The position numbers and the translations under genes are program-made. Shown piece after piece: positions 9,254-17,237 of a DNA stretch of 43,300 nt. The stretch's first letter is position 1; the number at the start of each line of letters is the position of its first letter. Source of the stretch: Candidatus Komeilibacteria bacterium (GTDB lineage: Bacteria > Patescibacteriota > Patescibacteriia > UBA1558 > GWA2-36-10); NCBI GenBank assembly GCA_018656655.1, contig JABHYW010000007.1, positions 1 to 43,300 of the forward strand. The letters are read 5' to 3'. The notes beneath the pieces were generated by a model. The model did not search any database and was not told the DNA's origin. It was given only the letters and a program-made list of their open reading frames with translations.

Positions 9254-10534
9254 ATGAATATTACTAAAAAAGATTTAGAGAAAAACCAAGTAGAATTATC
9301 TATTGAAGTATCTCTAGAGGAAATGAAACCTCACTTGGAAAAAGCTGCAGAAAAAATGAGTAAAAAAACAAAATTACCTGGCTTTAGACCTGGTAAAGCT
9401 CCCTATGAATTAGTGAAAAATAAATTTGGTGAAATGGCCATCTATCAAGAAGCTCTTGATATGATTATTAGCGATTCATTTTATAAAGCTATAACTAGAG
9501 AAAAAATTGCCAGCGTAGGACAACCTGAAATTAAAGTTGAAAAAATTGCTCCGGGCAATCCACTCTCTTATACTGCTACAGTAGCTTTATTACCAAAAGT
9601 CACTCTAGGTGAATGGCAAACACTAAGCATAAAGAAAAAATCAATAAAAGCTAGTCAAGAAGATATGGCTAAAACTTTAGAGCAATTGCAAAATATGCAG
9701 GTTAAAGAAAGTTCTGTTGAACGAGCTGCTAAAAAAGGTGATAAAGTTGAAGTTAATTTTGAAGTTTTAATTGAGAAGGTAGTAATTGAAGGTGGTAAAA
9801 ATCCAAAATATCCAATGGTAATCGGTGAAGGTCGCATGATACCTGGTTTTGAGGATAAAATTATTGGAATGAAAAAAGATGATAAGCAAGAATTTGAATT
9901 AAGCTTTCCAAAAGAATATTTCCAAAAAAATCTAGCTGGTAAGCGAGCAACATTCAAAGTAAAATTACTTAGCGTAGCGGAGAGAGAATTACCAAAACTA
10001 GATGATGAATTTGCCAAATTAATGGGTATGAAAACTATAGATGAATTAAAAACTCAATTATCAAATAATATCAAACAAGATAAAGAGTCTAAGGAAAAAC
10101 AACGTGTTGAAGGTGAAGCAATCCAAGCTATAGTCAAACAAGCTAAGATTGAAGATGTTCCTGAAAAATTAATTGATAGTGAAGTACATAAAATGTCTCA
10201 TGAATTAGAGCACAGTATTTCTCAACAAGGTATGGATATGGCTGGATACTTAAAATCGATTAAAAAAACTCAAGAAGATTTGAAAAAAGATTTTCGTCCT
10301 CAGGCTGAAGAAAGAATAAAGGCCGCTCTAGTAATGCGCCAAATTTCTGAAGAGGAAAAAATCAAAATTGACGATAAACAAATTGATGAAGAAATTAAAA
10401 AACAGACCGAGATGCATAAAGATAATAAAGATGCTATCAAAAACATCTCTCACCCTGGTTATCGCCAACACTTAGCTAATATGATGGCTAATCAAAAAAT
10501 AATTGAGCTAATAGCTCAAAAAATCGTTAAATAA
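9254..10534 (+). CDS. tig: trigger factor
   Basis: N-terminal PGFRPGKAP ribosome-binding signature, central FKBP-like segment, acidic C-terminal arm. Confidence 0.9.
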   Translation: MNITKKDLEKNQVELSIEVSLEEMKPHLEKAAEKMSKKTKLPGFRPGKAPYELVKNKFGEMAIYQEALDMIISDSFYKAITREKIASVGQPEIKVEKIAPGNPLSYTATVALLPKVTLGEWQTLSIKKKSIKASQEDMAKTLEQLQNMQVKESSVERAAKKGDKVEVNFEVLIEKVVIEGGKNPKYPMVIGEGRMIPGFEDKIIGMKKDDKQEFELSFPKEYFQKNLAGKRATFKVKLLSVAERELPKLDDEFAKLMGMKTIDELKTQLSNNIKQDKESKEKQRVEGEAIQAIVKQAKIEDVPEKLIDSEVHKMSHELEHSISQQGMDMAGYLKSIKKTQEDLKKDFRPQAEERIKAALVMRQISEEEKIKIDDKQIDEEIKKQTEMHKDNKDAIKNISHPGYRQHLANMMANQKIIELIAQKIVK

Positions 10535-10540
10535 ATTCTT

Positions 10541-10572
10541 AGCCCTATACCATAACGGTATAGGGCTTTTTT
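10541..10572 (+). terminator. intrinsic terminator after tig
   Basis: Perfect 11-bp stem agccctatacc/ggtatagggct followed by T6. Confidence 0.8.
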
Positions 10573-10586
10573 GTTTAAAATAAAAA

Positions 10587-10595
10587 TGTTATAAT
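10587..10595 (+). promoter_or_regulatory. extended -10 element TGTTATAAT
   Basis: tgttataat lies 26 nt upstream of the ATG at 10622. No good -35. Confidence 0.35.
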
Positions 10596-10621
10596 AAATA
10601 TAATATTTATAATTATAGACT

Positions 10622-11407
10622 ATGTATAAAAAAGAATTAAAAATTGCGAAGCAAGTAGCCCAGCAAGCAGGTAAATATCTTGGAAAAGAATTTTTAAATT
10701 GGCATGGAAAAACTGAATATAAAAACTCTGACGAAGCTGTAACTCGTTGTGATAAAAAAGCTGAAAAAATGATTATTACTAAGCTGAAAAAATATTTCCC
10801 TACATATTCTTTTTTGGGTGAAGAAAGTGGACTAACTGACAAAAAAAGTGATTATTTCTGGACTATAGATCCACTAGACGGTACTAATAACTTTATTCAT
10901 CATAATCCAAATTTTACTGTATCTATTGCTTTGCTGTATAAAAATGAAGTTATCTTGGGTGTTACCTATGCACCAATATTAAATGAAATGTATTGGGCTG
11001 TTAAGAATGAGGGTGCTTATAAAAATAATAAACCTATACATATTTCTAAAATAAAAGTTTTAAATAAAGCAGTAGTTTGTTATAATCATGGCCGTGGTAT
11101 ATCTAGCAGAACTAAATCTTTTAAAGCTTTTCAACATTTTCAAATTAATGCTTATCGGTCTCGTAATTATTTCTCTACTACTTTACAAATGGCTATGGTA
11201 GCAGCTGGTCATCTAGATGTCTATATGGTACCCAAAACAAAACTATGGGATGTAGCAGCTGGTATTATTTTATTACAAGAGTCTGGTGCCCAAGTTACTG
11301 ACTGGAAAAACAAAGATTGGAAAAAATCATCAACCAGTATCTTAGCCGCTAATAAACCACTGCACACTATAATGCTTAAAGAGTTTAAAAAGCTTAGACT
11401 TGCCTAA
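10622..11407 (+). CDS. inositol monophosphatase family protein (SuhB/CysQ-like)
   Basis: FLGEE...WTIDPLDGTNNF and WDVAAG motifs. Confidence 0.85.
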   Translation: MYKKELKIAKQVAQQAGKYLGKEFLNWHGKTEYKNSDEAVTRCDKKAEKMIITKLKKYFPTYSFLGEESGLTDKKSDYFWTIDPLDGTNNFIHHNPNFTVSIALLYKNEVILGVTYAPILNEMYWAVKNEGAYKNNKPIHISKIKVLNKAVVCYNHGRGISSRTKSFKAFQHFQINAYRSRNYFSTTLQMAMVAAGHLDVYMVPKTKLWDVAAGIILLQESGAQVTDWKNKDWKKSSTSILAANKPLHTIMLKEFKKLRLA

Positions 11408-11438
11408 AATATAAATATTTGTTAAATTATCATCCTTA

Positions 11439-11513
11439 GGCCACGTAGCCAAGTGGTAAGGCAGAGGTTTGCAAAACCTTTATTCGGCGGTTCGATTCCG
11501 CCCGTGGCCTCCA
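11439..11513 (+). tRNA. tRNA-Cys (GCA), CCA encoded
   Basis: Hand-folded cloverleaf: acceptor ggccacg/cgtggcc, anticodon loop ttGCAaa, T-arm ggcgg-ttcgatt-ccgcc, then t-cca. Confidence 0.9.
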
Positions 11514-11663
11514 ATAGAAAATAAATAAAGTTACCCTCTGGATGGGTAGCCTCCAGTCTTCGCCCTAAAGCGAAGACTGCCCTGCGAAGCTTTATGCGTA
11601 GCATGGGCAATAAATAGTTTTTTATCAATTCAGCTTAGGCTTCGACTGGCACGCCACTTTTTT

Positions 11664-11684
11664 GAGCTTATTAAGCTCTTTTTT
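11664..11684 (+). terminator. short palindromic hairpin plus T-run
   Basis: gagcttattaagctc followed by tttttt. Confidence 0.4.
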
Positions 11685-11692
11685 GTTTATAT

Positions 11693-11727
11693 AAAAAAGA
11701 GGCAAATTATTACTATAATCTGCCTCT
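11693..11727 (-). terminator. hairpin plus T-run downstream of the small GC-rich ORF
   Basis: On the minus strand, agaggca...tgcctct 7-bp stem with a large 16-nt loop, followed by tttttt. Confidence 0.4.
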
Positions 11728-11740
11728 TAACTTCCTTCGG

Positions 11741-12097
11741 CTATAAAGCCGGACAACATTTAGTTGCCGCAGTCCTAAGATTGTATCTAGAACCACAAGT
11801 TGGACACTTAAACTCACCGCCTATTCGTCCTGATTCTTTAGCCTTAAGCACAAGCTCTTCGAATTTGACAGTTGGCGGATCCAAGACAAGTACAGAGTCA
11901 TTATTGCCGGGACTATGGTTCGAAGCACTACTCTTCTTAGGAGCAGACACTATGTTAAGCGCCGATTTAGCTCCGGCACCTTCTGAAACATCTGACTTAC
12001 TAGACAGTTTATTATCAACAATTTCCTGTAAAACCCAGTCCGAACCTAATTGATTTAGATCGGAGCTAAGACTATCTGCTGACGTTTCCCTTGGCAT
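11741..12097 (-). CDS. hypothetical small protein with an S-rich N-terminus and a Cys-rich C-terminus (CPTC...CC)
   Basis: Strong SD (aaaggagaa, about 8 nt before the ATG), own promoter and downstream hairpin. GC is clearly above the surroundings. No family recognised. Confidence 0.55.
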   Translation of the reverse strand: MPRETSADSLSSDLNQLGSDWVLQEIVDNKLSSKSDVSEGAGAKSALNIVSAPKKSSASNHSPGNNDSVLVLDPPTVKFEELVLKAKESGRIGGEFKCPTCGSRYNLRTAATKCCPAL

Positions 12098-12145
12098 AGG
12101 GTTTTCTCCTTTAATTAATGAAATGAACGATTTCTACTATACTGG

Positions 12146-12174
12146 ATATTATAATATATACTCATCTTAGTCAA
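12146..12174 (-). promoter_or_regulatory. sigma70-like promoter TTGACT-17-TAATAT for the small ORF
   Basis: Minus-strand ttgact at 12174-12169 and taatat at 12151-12146. Confidence 0.45.
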
Positions 12175-12206
12175 TAAAAAAATAGCCTTATATAAGACTA
12201 TTTTTT

Positions 12207-12293
12207 TGGTACCGGCGATCGGACTTGAACCGATACGGCATTACTGCCACAGGATTTTAAGTCCTGCGTGTCTACCAATTCCACCACGCCGGC
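12207..12293 (-). tRNA. tRNA-Leu (TAA) with long variable arm, CCA encoded
   Basis: Minus strand gccggcg...cttaaaa anticodon loop...ggcagtaatgcc variable arm...ttcaagt T-loop...cgccggt-a-cca. Confidence 0.9.
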
Positions 12294-12298
12294 AAGTT

Positions 12299-12375
12299 TG
12301 GAGCGAGTGACCGGGCTCGAACCGGCGACCTTTTCCTTGGCAAGGAAATGTTCTAGCCAACTGAACTACACTCGC
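12299..12375 (-). tRNA. tRNA-Gly (GCC), CCA encoded
   Basis: Minus strand gcgagtg-ta-gttc...gaac, anticodon loop ttGCCaa, T-arm gccgg-ttcgagc-ccggt, cactcgc-t-cca. Lies 5 nt upstream of tRNA-Leu. Confidence 0.9.
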
Positions 12376-12481
12376 TTAAAACACAAGTATTATACAATAA
12401 ATACCGATAAAGTCAAGATATTTTATACTTGGTTTTAGACTATAAAAATGCTATTATAAACTAAAGTAAATACACATAAAT

Positions 12482-15208
12482 ATGCCTAAAAAACTCCCAA
12501 AATTAGTGATTATAGACAGTAATGCTCTACTCCATAGGGCCTGGCATGCTGTACCCCCGCTAAAGACAAAAGACGGTACTGTAGTCAATGCTGTTTTTGG
12601 TTATACCTCATTACTTCTAAATATTATTAAAAAATTAAAGCCTGAATATATCATTGCTTCTTTTGATTTAGCTGGAAAAACTTTTCGTCATGAACAATAT
12701 AAAGAATATAAAGCCCAGCGTGTCAAACAAGCTGATGAATTTTATGATCAGTTTCCTTTGAGTAAAGATGTCCTAGCTGCTTTTAATATCCCCATCTTAA
12801 CCAAGGCTGGTTTTGAAGCTGATGATGTTCTAGGAACTATTAGTAAAGAGGCTTACGAACAACACGAAGATCTAGAAATTATTATTATTACTGGAGACTT
12901 AGACGCCTTACAATTAGTAAATGACCGAGTTAAAGTTTTGACTCTCAAAAGAGGCTTTCATGAAACCATTACCTATGACATTGCGGCTGTCGAAGAGCGT
13001 TACGGATTAAAACCAACTCAATTAATAGATCTCAAGGCTATTCAAGGAGACAGCTCTGATAATATTAAGGGTGTTAGAGGAATCGGTGCTAAAGGTGCTA
13101 CCAATTTAATAAAAGAATTTGGATCTTTAGATAATGTATATAAAAAAATTGAAAAATCTGATGTTAAAGAACGAATTAAACAACTTTTACTTGACCAAAA
13201 AAAAGAAGCTTATGAAAGTCAGCACTTAGTAACCATTGTTAAAGACGTACCACTAAAATGGAAGCTGGAAGAAGCTAAATTTTCTGAATTTGATAGTGAG
13301 GCGGTCTATAAAATATTCCAAAAATTAGAATTTACCTCTCTGCTTAATAAAATACCTCATCACAAATCTGAAATTAATAATAATACCTTCACTGAAAATA
13401 AAGATATCGATTACAAGACTATAAAAGATATTAGTGGTTTTGAAGATTTTTATAAAATCCTTAGTGCTCAAAAAATATTTGCCTTTGACACTGAAACGAC
13501 TGGCTTGGATGTTATAAATAAAAAAATGTTAGGAATTTCTTTTTCTTGGCAGGCTAAAACTGGCTACTATATAGAATTAAATAACCCTAAGTTTAATAAA
13601 CTAGTTCTAGCCAAATTAAAACCAATTTTTGAGAATAATAAAATAGCTAAAATTTGCCATAACGTAAAGTTTGATTATAAAGTGTTAAAAGTTTTAGATA
13701 TAGAATTGAAAGGCGTAGCGTTTGATACCTTATTAGCCGCTTATCTAATTAATCCTAGCCGAGGTTTACGTTTAGAAGAATTAGCCTTTTCTTATTTAGG
13801 TTATAAAAAGCTTAAATTAATAGATTTATTAGACGAAAAACCTAAAAGGAAAAATGATATAGATATTATGGCTATTAACCCAGCTAAATTAGCTTGGTAT
13901 GGTACTGAAGATGCTGATATTACTTTTAGATTATATAAAAAACTATATTCCATTATAAAAACTAATAAAAACTTTGAATTATTACAAAAAATAGAGATTC
14001 CTCTAATCCCTATACTGGCTGACATGGAATTAACTGGTATTTCTCTAGATAGTAAATTTTTAGGCAAAATGGAAATTCAACTTAAAAAAGATTTAGTTAA
14101 ATTGACTAAAGAAATACATCAGTTAGCCGGAAGTGAATTTAATATTGCTTCACCTGCTCAATTAAAGAAAATTCTATTTGAAGATTTAGAAATTAACGTT
14201 AAAGGTATCAAAAAAACCAAAACTGGATTTTCAACCAATGCTGCTCAATTAGAAAAACTCAAAGGCACTCACGCTATTATTCCATTAATTGTAGAATTTA
14301 GAGAACTAAGTAAGTTACAATCTACTTACGTAAGCGCCTTGCCTGAATTAATTAATAAAAAAACTAAAAGAATCCATACTAACTTCAATCAGACTGTAAC
14401 TGTTACCGGCAGACTCTCCTCTTCTAATCCAAATCTACAAAATATTCCCATTCGCACTCCATTAGGTAAAAAAATACGCCAAGCTTTTGTAGCACCAAAA
14501 GATTATAAATTACTATCAGCTGATTATTCTCAAATTGAGCTTCGTTTAGTAGCTGCCATATCTAAGGATCCAAAAATGATGACTTCTTTTAAAAAAGGCG
14601 AAGATATTCATGCTCGTACTGCTGCTGAAATACATAAAATTCCTCTAGAGGAAGTTACTAAGGAAATTAGACGTACTGCCAAAGAAGTTAATTTTGGTAT
14701 TCTCTATGGTTTAGGTTCTCTAGGATTATCCCAACGTACAGATCTTAATAGAAATGAAGCCAAAGAATTTATAGATCAATATTTTGATATTTATAAAAAA
14801 GTAAAACAATATATTGAATACACCAAAGATTTTGCTCATAAAAATGGTTATAGTCAAACTCTATTTGGACGACGCCGTTATTTACCTGATATAAATTCTT
14901 CTATGCCAATGCTTAGGGCTGCCGCTGAGCGTATGGCTATAAATATGCCTGTCCAAGGTACTGCGGCTGATCTAATGAAACTTGCTATGATAAATCTTCA
15001 TCGTGACTTGCCAAAAGTATCGAAGAGCTCTAAAATAGTCCTACAGGTTCATGATGAATTAGTCTTAGAGGTTCCTAAAAAAGAATTTAAAGAAGTGGCT
15101 AAGTTTGTTAAAAAGAGTATGGAATCTGTCTATGAATTATCAATACCCCTAACTGTAGACTTAGAAACTGGTGACAACTGGGGTAAATTAGAAAATTACA
15201 AAATATAA
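12482..15208 (+). CDS. polA: DNA polymerase I (5'-3' exo, 3'-5' exo and polymerase domains)
   Basis: FEADDVLGT (5' nuclease), FAFDTETTGLD (Exo I), DYSQIELR, RRTAKEVNFGILYG, QVHDELV. Confidence 0.95.
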   Translation: MPKKLPKLVIIDSNALLHRAWHAVPPLKTKDGTVVNAVFGYTSLLLNIIKKLKPEYIIASFDLAGKTFRHEQYKEYKAQRVKQADEFYDQFPLSKDVLAAFNIPILTKAGFEADDVLGTISKEAYEQHEDLEIIIITGDLDALQLVNDRVKVLTLKRGFHETITYDIAAVEERYGLKPTQLIDLKAIQGDSSDNIKGVRGIGAKGATNLIKEFGSLDNVYKKIEKSDVKERIKQLLLDQKKEAYESQHLVTIVKDVPLKWKLEEAKFSEFDSEAVYKIFQKLEFTSLLNKIPHHKSEINNNTFTENKDIDYKTIKDISGFEDFYKILSAQKIFAFDTETTGLDVINKKMLGISFSWQAKTGYYIELNNPKFNKLVLAKLKPIFENNKIAKICHNVKFDYKVLKVLDIELKGVAFDTLLAAYLINPSRGLRLEELAFSYLGYKKLKLIDLLDEKPKRKNDIDIMAINPAKLAWYGTEDADITFRLYKKLYSIIKTNKNFELLQKIEIPLIPILADMELTGISLDSKFLGKMEIQLKKDLVKLTKEIHQLAGSEFNIASPAQLKKILFEDLEINVKGIKKTKTGFSTNAAQLEKLKGTHAIIPLIVEFRELSKLQSTYVSALPELINKKTKRIHTNFNQTVTVTGRLSSSNPNLQNIPIRTPLGKKIRQAFVAPKDYKLLSADYSQIELRLVAAISKDPKMMTSFKKGEDIHARTAAEIHKIPLEEVTKEIRRTAKEVNFGILYGLGSLGLSQRTDLNRNEAKEFIDQYFDIYKKVKQYIEYTKDFAHKNGYSQTLFGRRRYLPDINSSMPMLRAAAERMAINMPVQGTAADLMKLAMINLHRDLPKVSKSSKIVLQVHDELVLEVPKKEFKEVAKFVKKSMESVYELSIPLTVDLETGDNWGKLENYKI

Positions 15209-16159
15209 ATGCTATTTTTCTACTATGGCCAAGACTCTTTTAGAGCTAATCAAAAGGTTAGGGCTATTAAAAACAAATTTAAAGAGAAGGTAGATCCCAG
15301 TGGACATAATGTTCAACATCTTGATGGTGAACTAATCAGTCCAGATGATTTTTTCCAAGCAGTCTCTGTAATGGGCTTTTTGGCTGACAAAAAACTAATT
15401 ATTATTAAAAATATTTTTGATAATAAAAAATTAAAGGATTGGCAAGATCAACTTATAAAATTCTTGGATGGGCAAGCAGATAGCCCTGATGAGAATTACA
15501 TTATTTTTCTTCAAACTAGCAAACCTGACAGTCGCCTAAAATTATATAAAAAATTATCTAAATTAAAATTTAGTGAAGAATTTGAAATTTTGAAACCTGT
15601 CCAATTAAAAACTTGGGTGCAAAAACAATTTAGTAAGCACTCAAAAACTATCAACCTGCCTGCCTTAGAACTTTTAATCACTTACGTCGGTAATAATCTC
15701 TGGCAAATAAATAATGAAATAAATAAATTAGTAAGCTTTACTAAAAATGATGTTAGTGAAGAAGATATAAGAGCTTTAGTTCAAGCTAAGGTAGATGAAA
15801 ATATATTTAATCTAATAGATGCCATTGGAAATAAAAACAAAGCTTTAGCTTTACAACTCATTGAAGAAAAATTAGACAGCGGTGTAAATCATCAATATAT
15901 ATTAACAATGATAATTCGCCAGTATAGATTACTAATCAAAGCCAAGTCCTTGGGTAGTAAAGCTAAAAATTATTTTGCCCTAATGCAAGTTTTGAAAGTA
16001 CCAAAATTTATTGCTCAAAAAACCTATCAACAAAGTGCCTTGTATAAACTAGATCAATTAAAAAAAATATACAAATACCTCCTCTATCTTGATGAAAAAT
16101 TTAAATCCAGTAGTGGTCAAGAAAAAATACTATTTGCTAAAATGATAAACGACCTATAA
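15209..16159 (+). CDS. holA: DNA polymerase III delta subunit
   Basis: Length and layout fit HolA (YYGQDSF...N-terminal, LWQINNEINKL, IFNLIDAI). The start abuts the polA stop. Confidence 0.75.
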   Translation: MLFFYYGQDSFRANQKVRAIKNKFKEKVDPSGHNVQHLDGELISPDDFFQAVSVMGFLADKKLIIIKNIFDNKKLKDWQDQLIKFLDGQADSPDENYIIFLQTSKPDSRLKLYKKLSKLKFSEEFEILKPVQLKTWVQKQFSKHSKTINLPALELLITYVGNNLWQINNEINKLVSFTKNDVSEEDIRALVQAKVDENIFNLIDAIGNKNKALALQLIEEKLDSGVNHQYILTMIIRQYRLLIKAKSLGSKAKNYFALMQVLKVPKFIAQKTYQQSALYKLDQLKKIYKYLLYLDEKFKSSSGQEKILFAKMINDL

Positions 16160-16161
16160 AA

Positions 16162-16186
16162 ATCCAGTACCTACGGCTGGATTTTT
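16162..16186 (+). terminator. intrinsic terminator after holA
   Basis: atccag/ctggat stem followed by ttttt. Confidence 0.65.
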
Positions 16187-16353
16187 ATAATACTTTTTGT
16201 TAAGCTTATATTAAGAGTTAGCTTTTGGCCAAACTAACTCATGTGTCAACAGACACATAAACTAAGGCCGCCGCCGGAAATCAGGAAAAATTAGTAAAAG
16301 CTTAGTAGCGGCAAGCGAAAAGCTAATCGTGACAGATAACATTGAGACTAAAA

Positions 16354-16380
16354 AGAGCCTCTTCCGGCGGCTCTTTATTT
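16354..16380. terminator. bidirectional hairpin terminator
   Basis: agagcc-tcttccggc-ggctct with an A-run upstream and a T-run downstream. It lies 10 nt past the stop of the minus-strand AlkD-like gene. Confidence 0.6.
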
Positions 16381-16384
16381 TTGT

Positions 16385-17146
16385 CTAAAAATTACCCTTT
16401 AAAAACCTCTTACGCTTTGTTTCTTCCATTCGCTCTATAGCATAACGCAAAGTTGTCCGAGCTAAATTCTTATAATTAGTAATTAAAAACTTTTCTACTT
16501 TAATGCTATCTTTTTTCCAGGCCTCTCTAAGCATCCAACCAACTGCCTTGTGTATCAAATCTTGGCCCAGACCACCCTCTCTTGCTCCGCAATTCACCTT
16601 GTCTTTATCTTTCAATAAAATTTTAGAAAGTTTAAAACAGTCATCTAATTTACCTTCTCTAATAAAAATCCAAGTAGAAATCATAGCTATGCGTCTCTCC
16701 CAAAGCTTATTGCTCTTGGCATATTTATATAAAATTTGTTTAGTTTGTATTTTATCTAAAATTGCTTGCCCTAAAATATAATGAGCTGATAAATCTACTA
16801 AATCCCAATTATTTACATATTGTCTATTTTTAAGATAAAAACTTAAAATCTTTTTTTGCAATAATTTATCCTCGGCTTTCCTAGATTGTTTAGATCTTTC
16901 AACTAAAATCAAAATAGCTGCTAAACGTATTTCATGAATAGGTGATTTCATCAATTTAGCTAGCTCTACAAAATTTAAAGCTAAAAATTGCTTAGCTACT
17001 AACCTAGTATTTGGTACTGTAATGCCAATAAATTTATCCCCCTCACCATATTGACCTTTGCCGGTTTTAAAAAACCATTGATTAGATTTCTTACGCGCTG
17101 GTGAAGCGTATTTTTTTAATTCTTTAATTAAGTCTTTGGCTTTCAT
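16385..17146 (-). CDS. DNA alkylation repair protein (AlkD/AlkC-like HEAT-repeat glycosylase family)
   Basis: KKYASPARKKSNQWFFKTGKGQYGEGDKFIGI, NNWDLVD, LWERRIAM, HKAVGWMLRE family motifs. Carries an extra KVNCGAREGGLGQ segment. Confidence 0.8.
   Translation of the reverse strand: MKAKDLIKELKKYASPARKKSNQWFFKTGKGQYGEGDKFIGITVPNTRLVAKQFLALNFVELAKLMKSPIHEIRLAAILILVERSKQSRKAEDKLLQKKILSFYLKNRQYVNNWDLVDLSAHYILGQAILDKIQTKQILYKYAKSNKLWERRIAMISTWIFIREGKLDDCFKLSKILLKDKDKVNCGAREGGLGQDLIHKAVGWMLREAWKKDSIKVEKFLITNYKNLARTTLRYAIERMEETKRKRFLKGNF
16563..16609 (-). repeat. GC-rich in-frame repeat, copy A (inside the AlkD-like CDS)
   Basis: Identical 20-mer tggcccagaccaccctctct plus attcaccttgt shared with 42706-42752. 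Confidence 0.85.
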
Positions 17147-17169
17147 AATTTAATTCTAGCAAAAAAAGT

Positions 17170-17185
17170 CCCCTTGTCAAAGGGG
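17170..17185 (-). terminator. second hairpin plus T-run between rpsT and the AlkD-like gene
   Basis: Minus strand cccctt-tgac-aagggg followed by acttttttt. It lies about 20 nt before the ATG at 17146. Confidence 0.5.
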
Positions 17186-17208
17186 GTTTGGGGGATTAAA
17201 ACAAAAAA

Positions 17209-17222
17209 GCCCCCGTAGGGGC
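17209..17222 (-). terminator. intrinsic terminator after rpsT
   Basis: Minus strand gcccc-tacg-ggggc followed by tttttt. Confidence 0.7.
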
Positions 17223-17237
17223 AATTTTAAATATAAT

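Noticed and set aside
9655-10842. ORFs 9655..10017(-) and 10516..10842(-)
   Set aside because: They are antisense to tig and to the IMPase gene. The second one spans the tig terminator and a promoter region.
11422-11628. ORF 11422..11628(-)
   Set aside because: It runs antisense through tRNA-Cys and the GC-rich structured segment. It stays open only because of the GC content.
11781-12053. ORF 11781..12053(+), opposite the small GC-rich gene
   Set aside because: It has no SD or promoter on the + strand. The minus-strand ORF has a promoter, a strong SD and a downstream hairpin.
11514-12206. att-type direct repeat of the tRNA-Cys 3' end at the far side of the GC-rich island
   Set aside because: I looked for a copy of ggttcgattccgcccgtggcc near 12100-12206 and found none, so there is no direct evidence for integrase-mediated insertion.
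16241-16294. 17-codon ORF MCQQTHKLRPPPEIRKN (contains a PPP stalling motif) in the structured intergenic region
   Set aside because: It has no SD, and its start lies inside a hairpin stem. It is too short to distinguish from chance.
16187-16384. Assignment of the structured intergenic RNA to SRP (4.5S) or 6S RNA
   Set aside because: The conserved SRP helix-8 motifs (GGAA tetraloop with flanking AGCA/GNAR context) are not present. The paired core of about 100 nt is too short for 6S. It is left unassigned.
17181-17222. G-quadruplex from the G-runs (ggggg ttt ggggg ... gggg)
   Set aside because: Only three G-runs lie within a plausible distance. They are better explained as arms of the two terminator hairpins.
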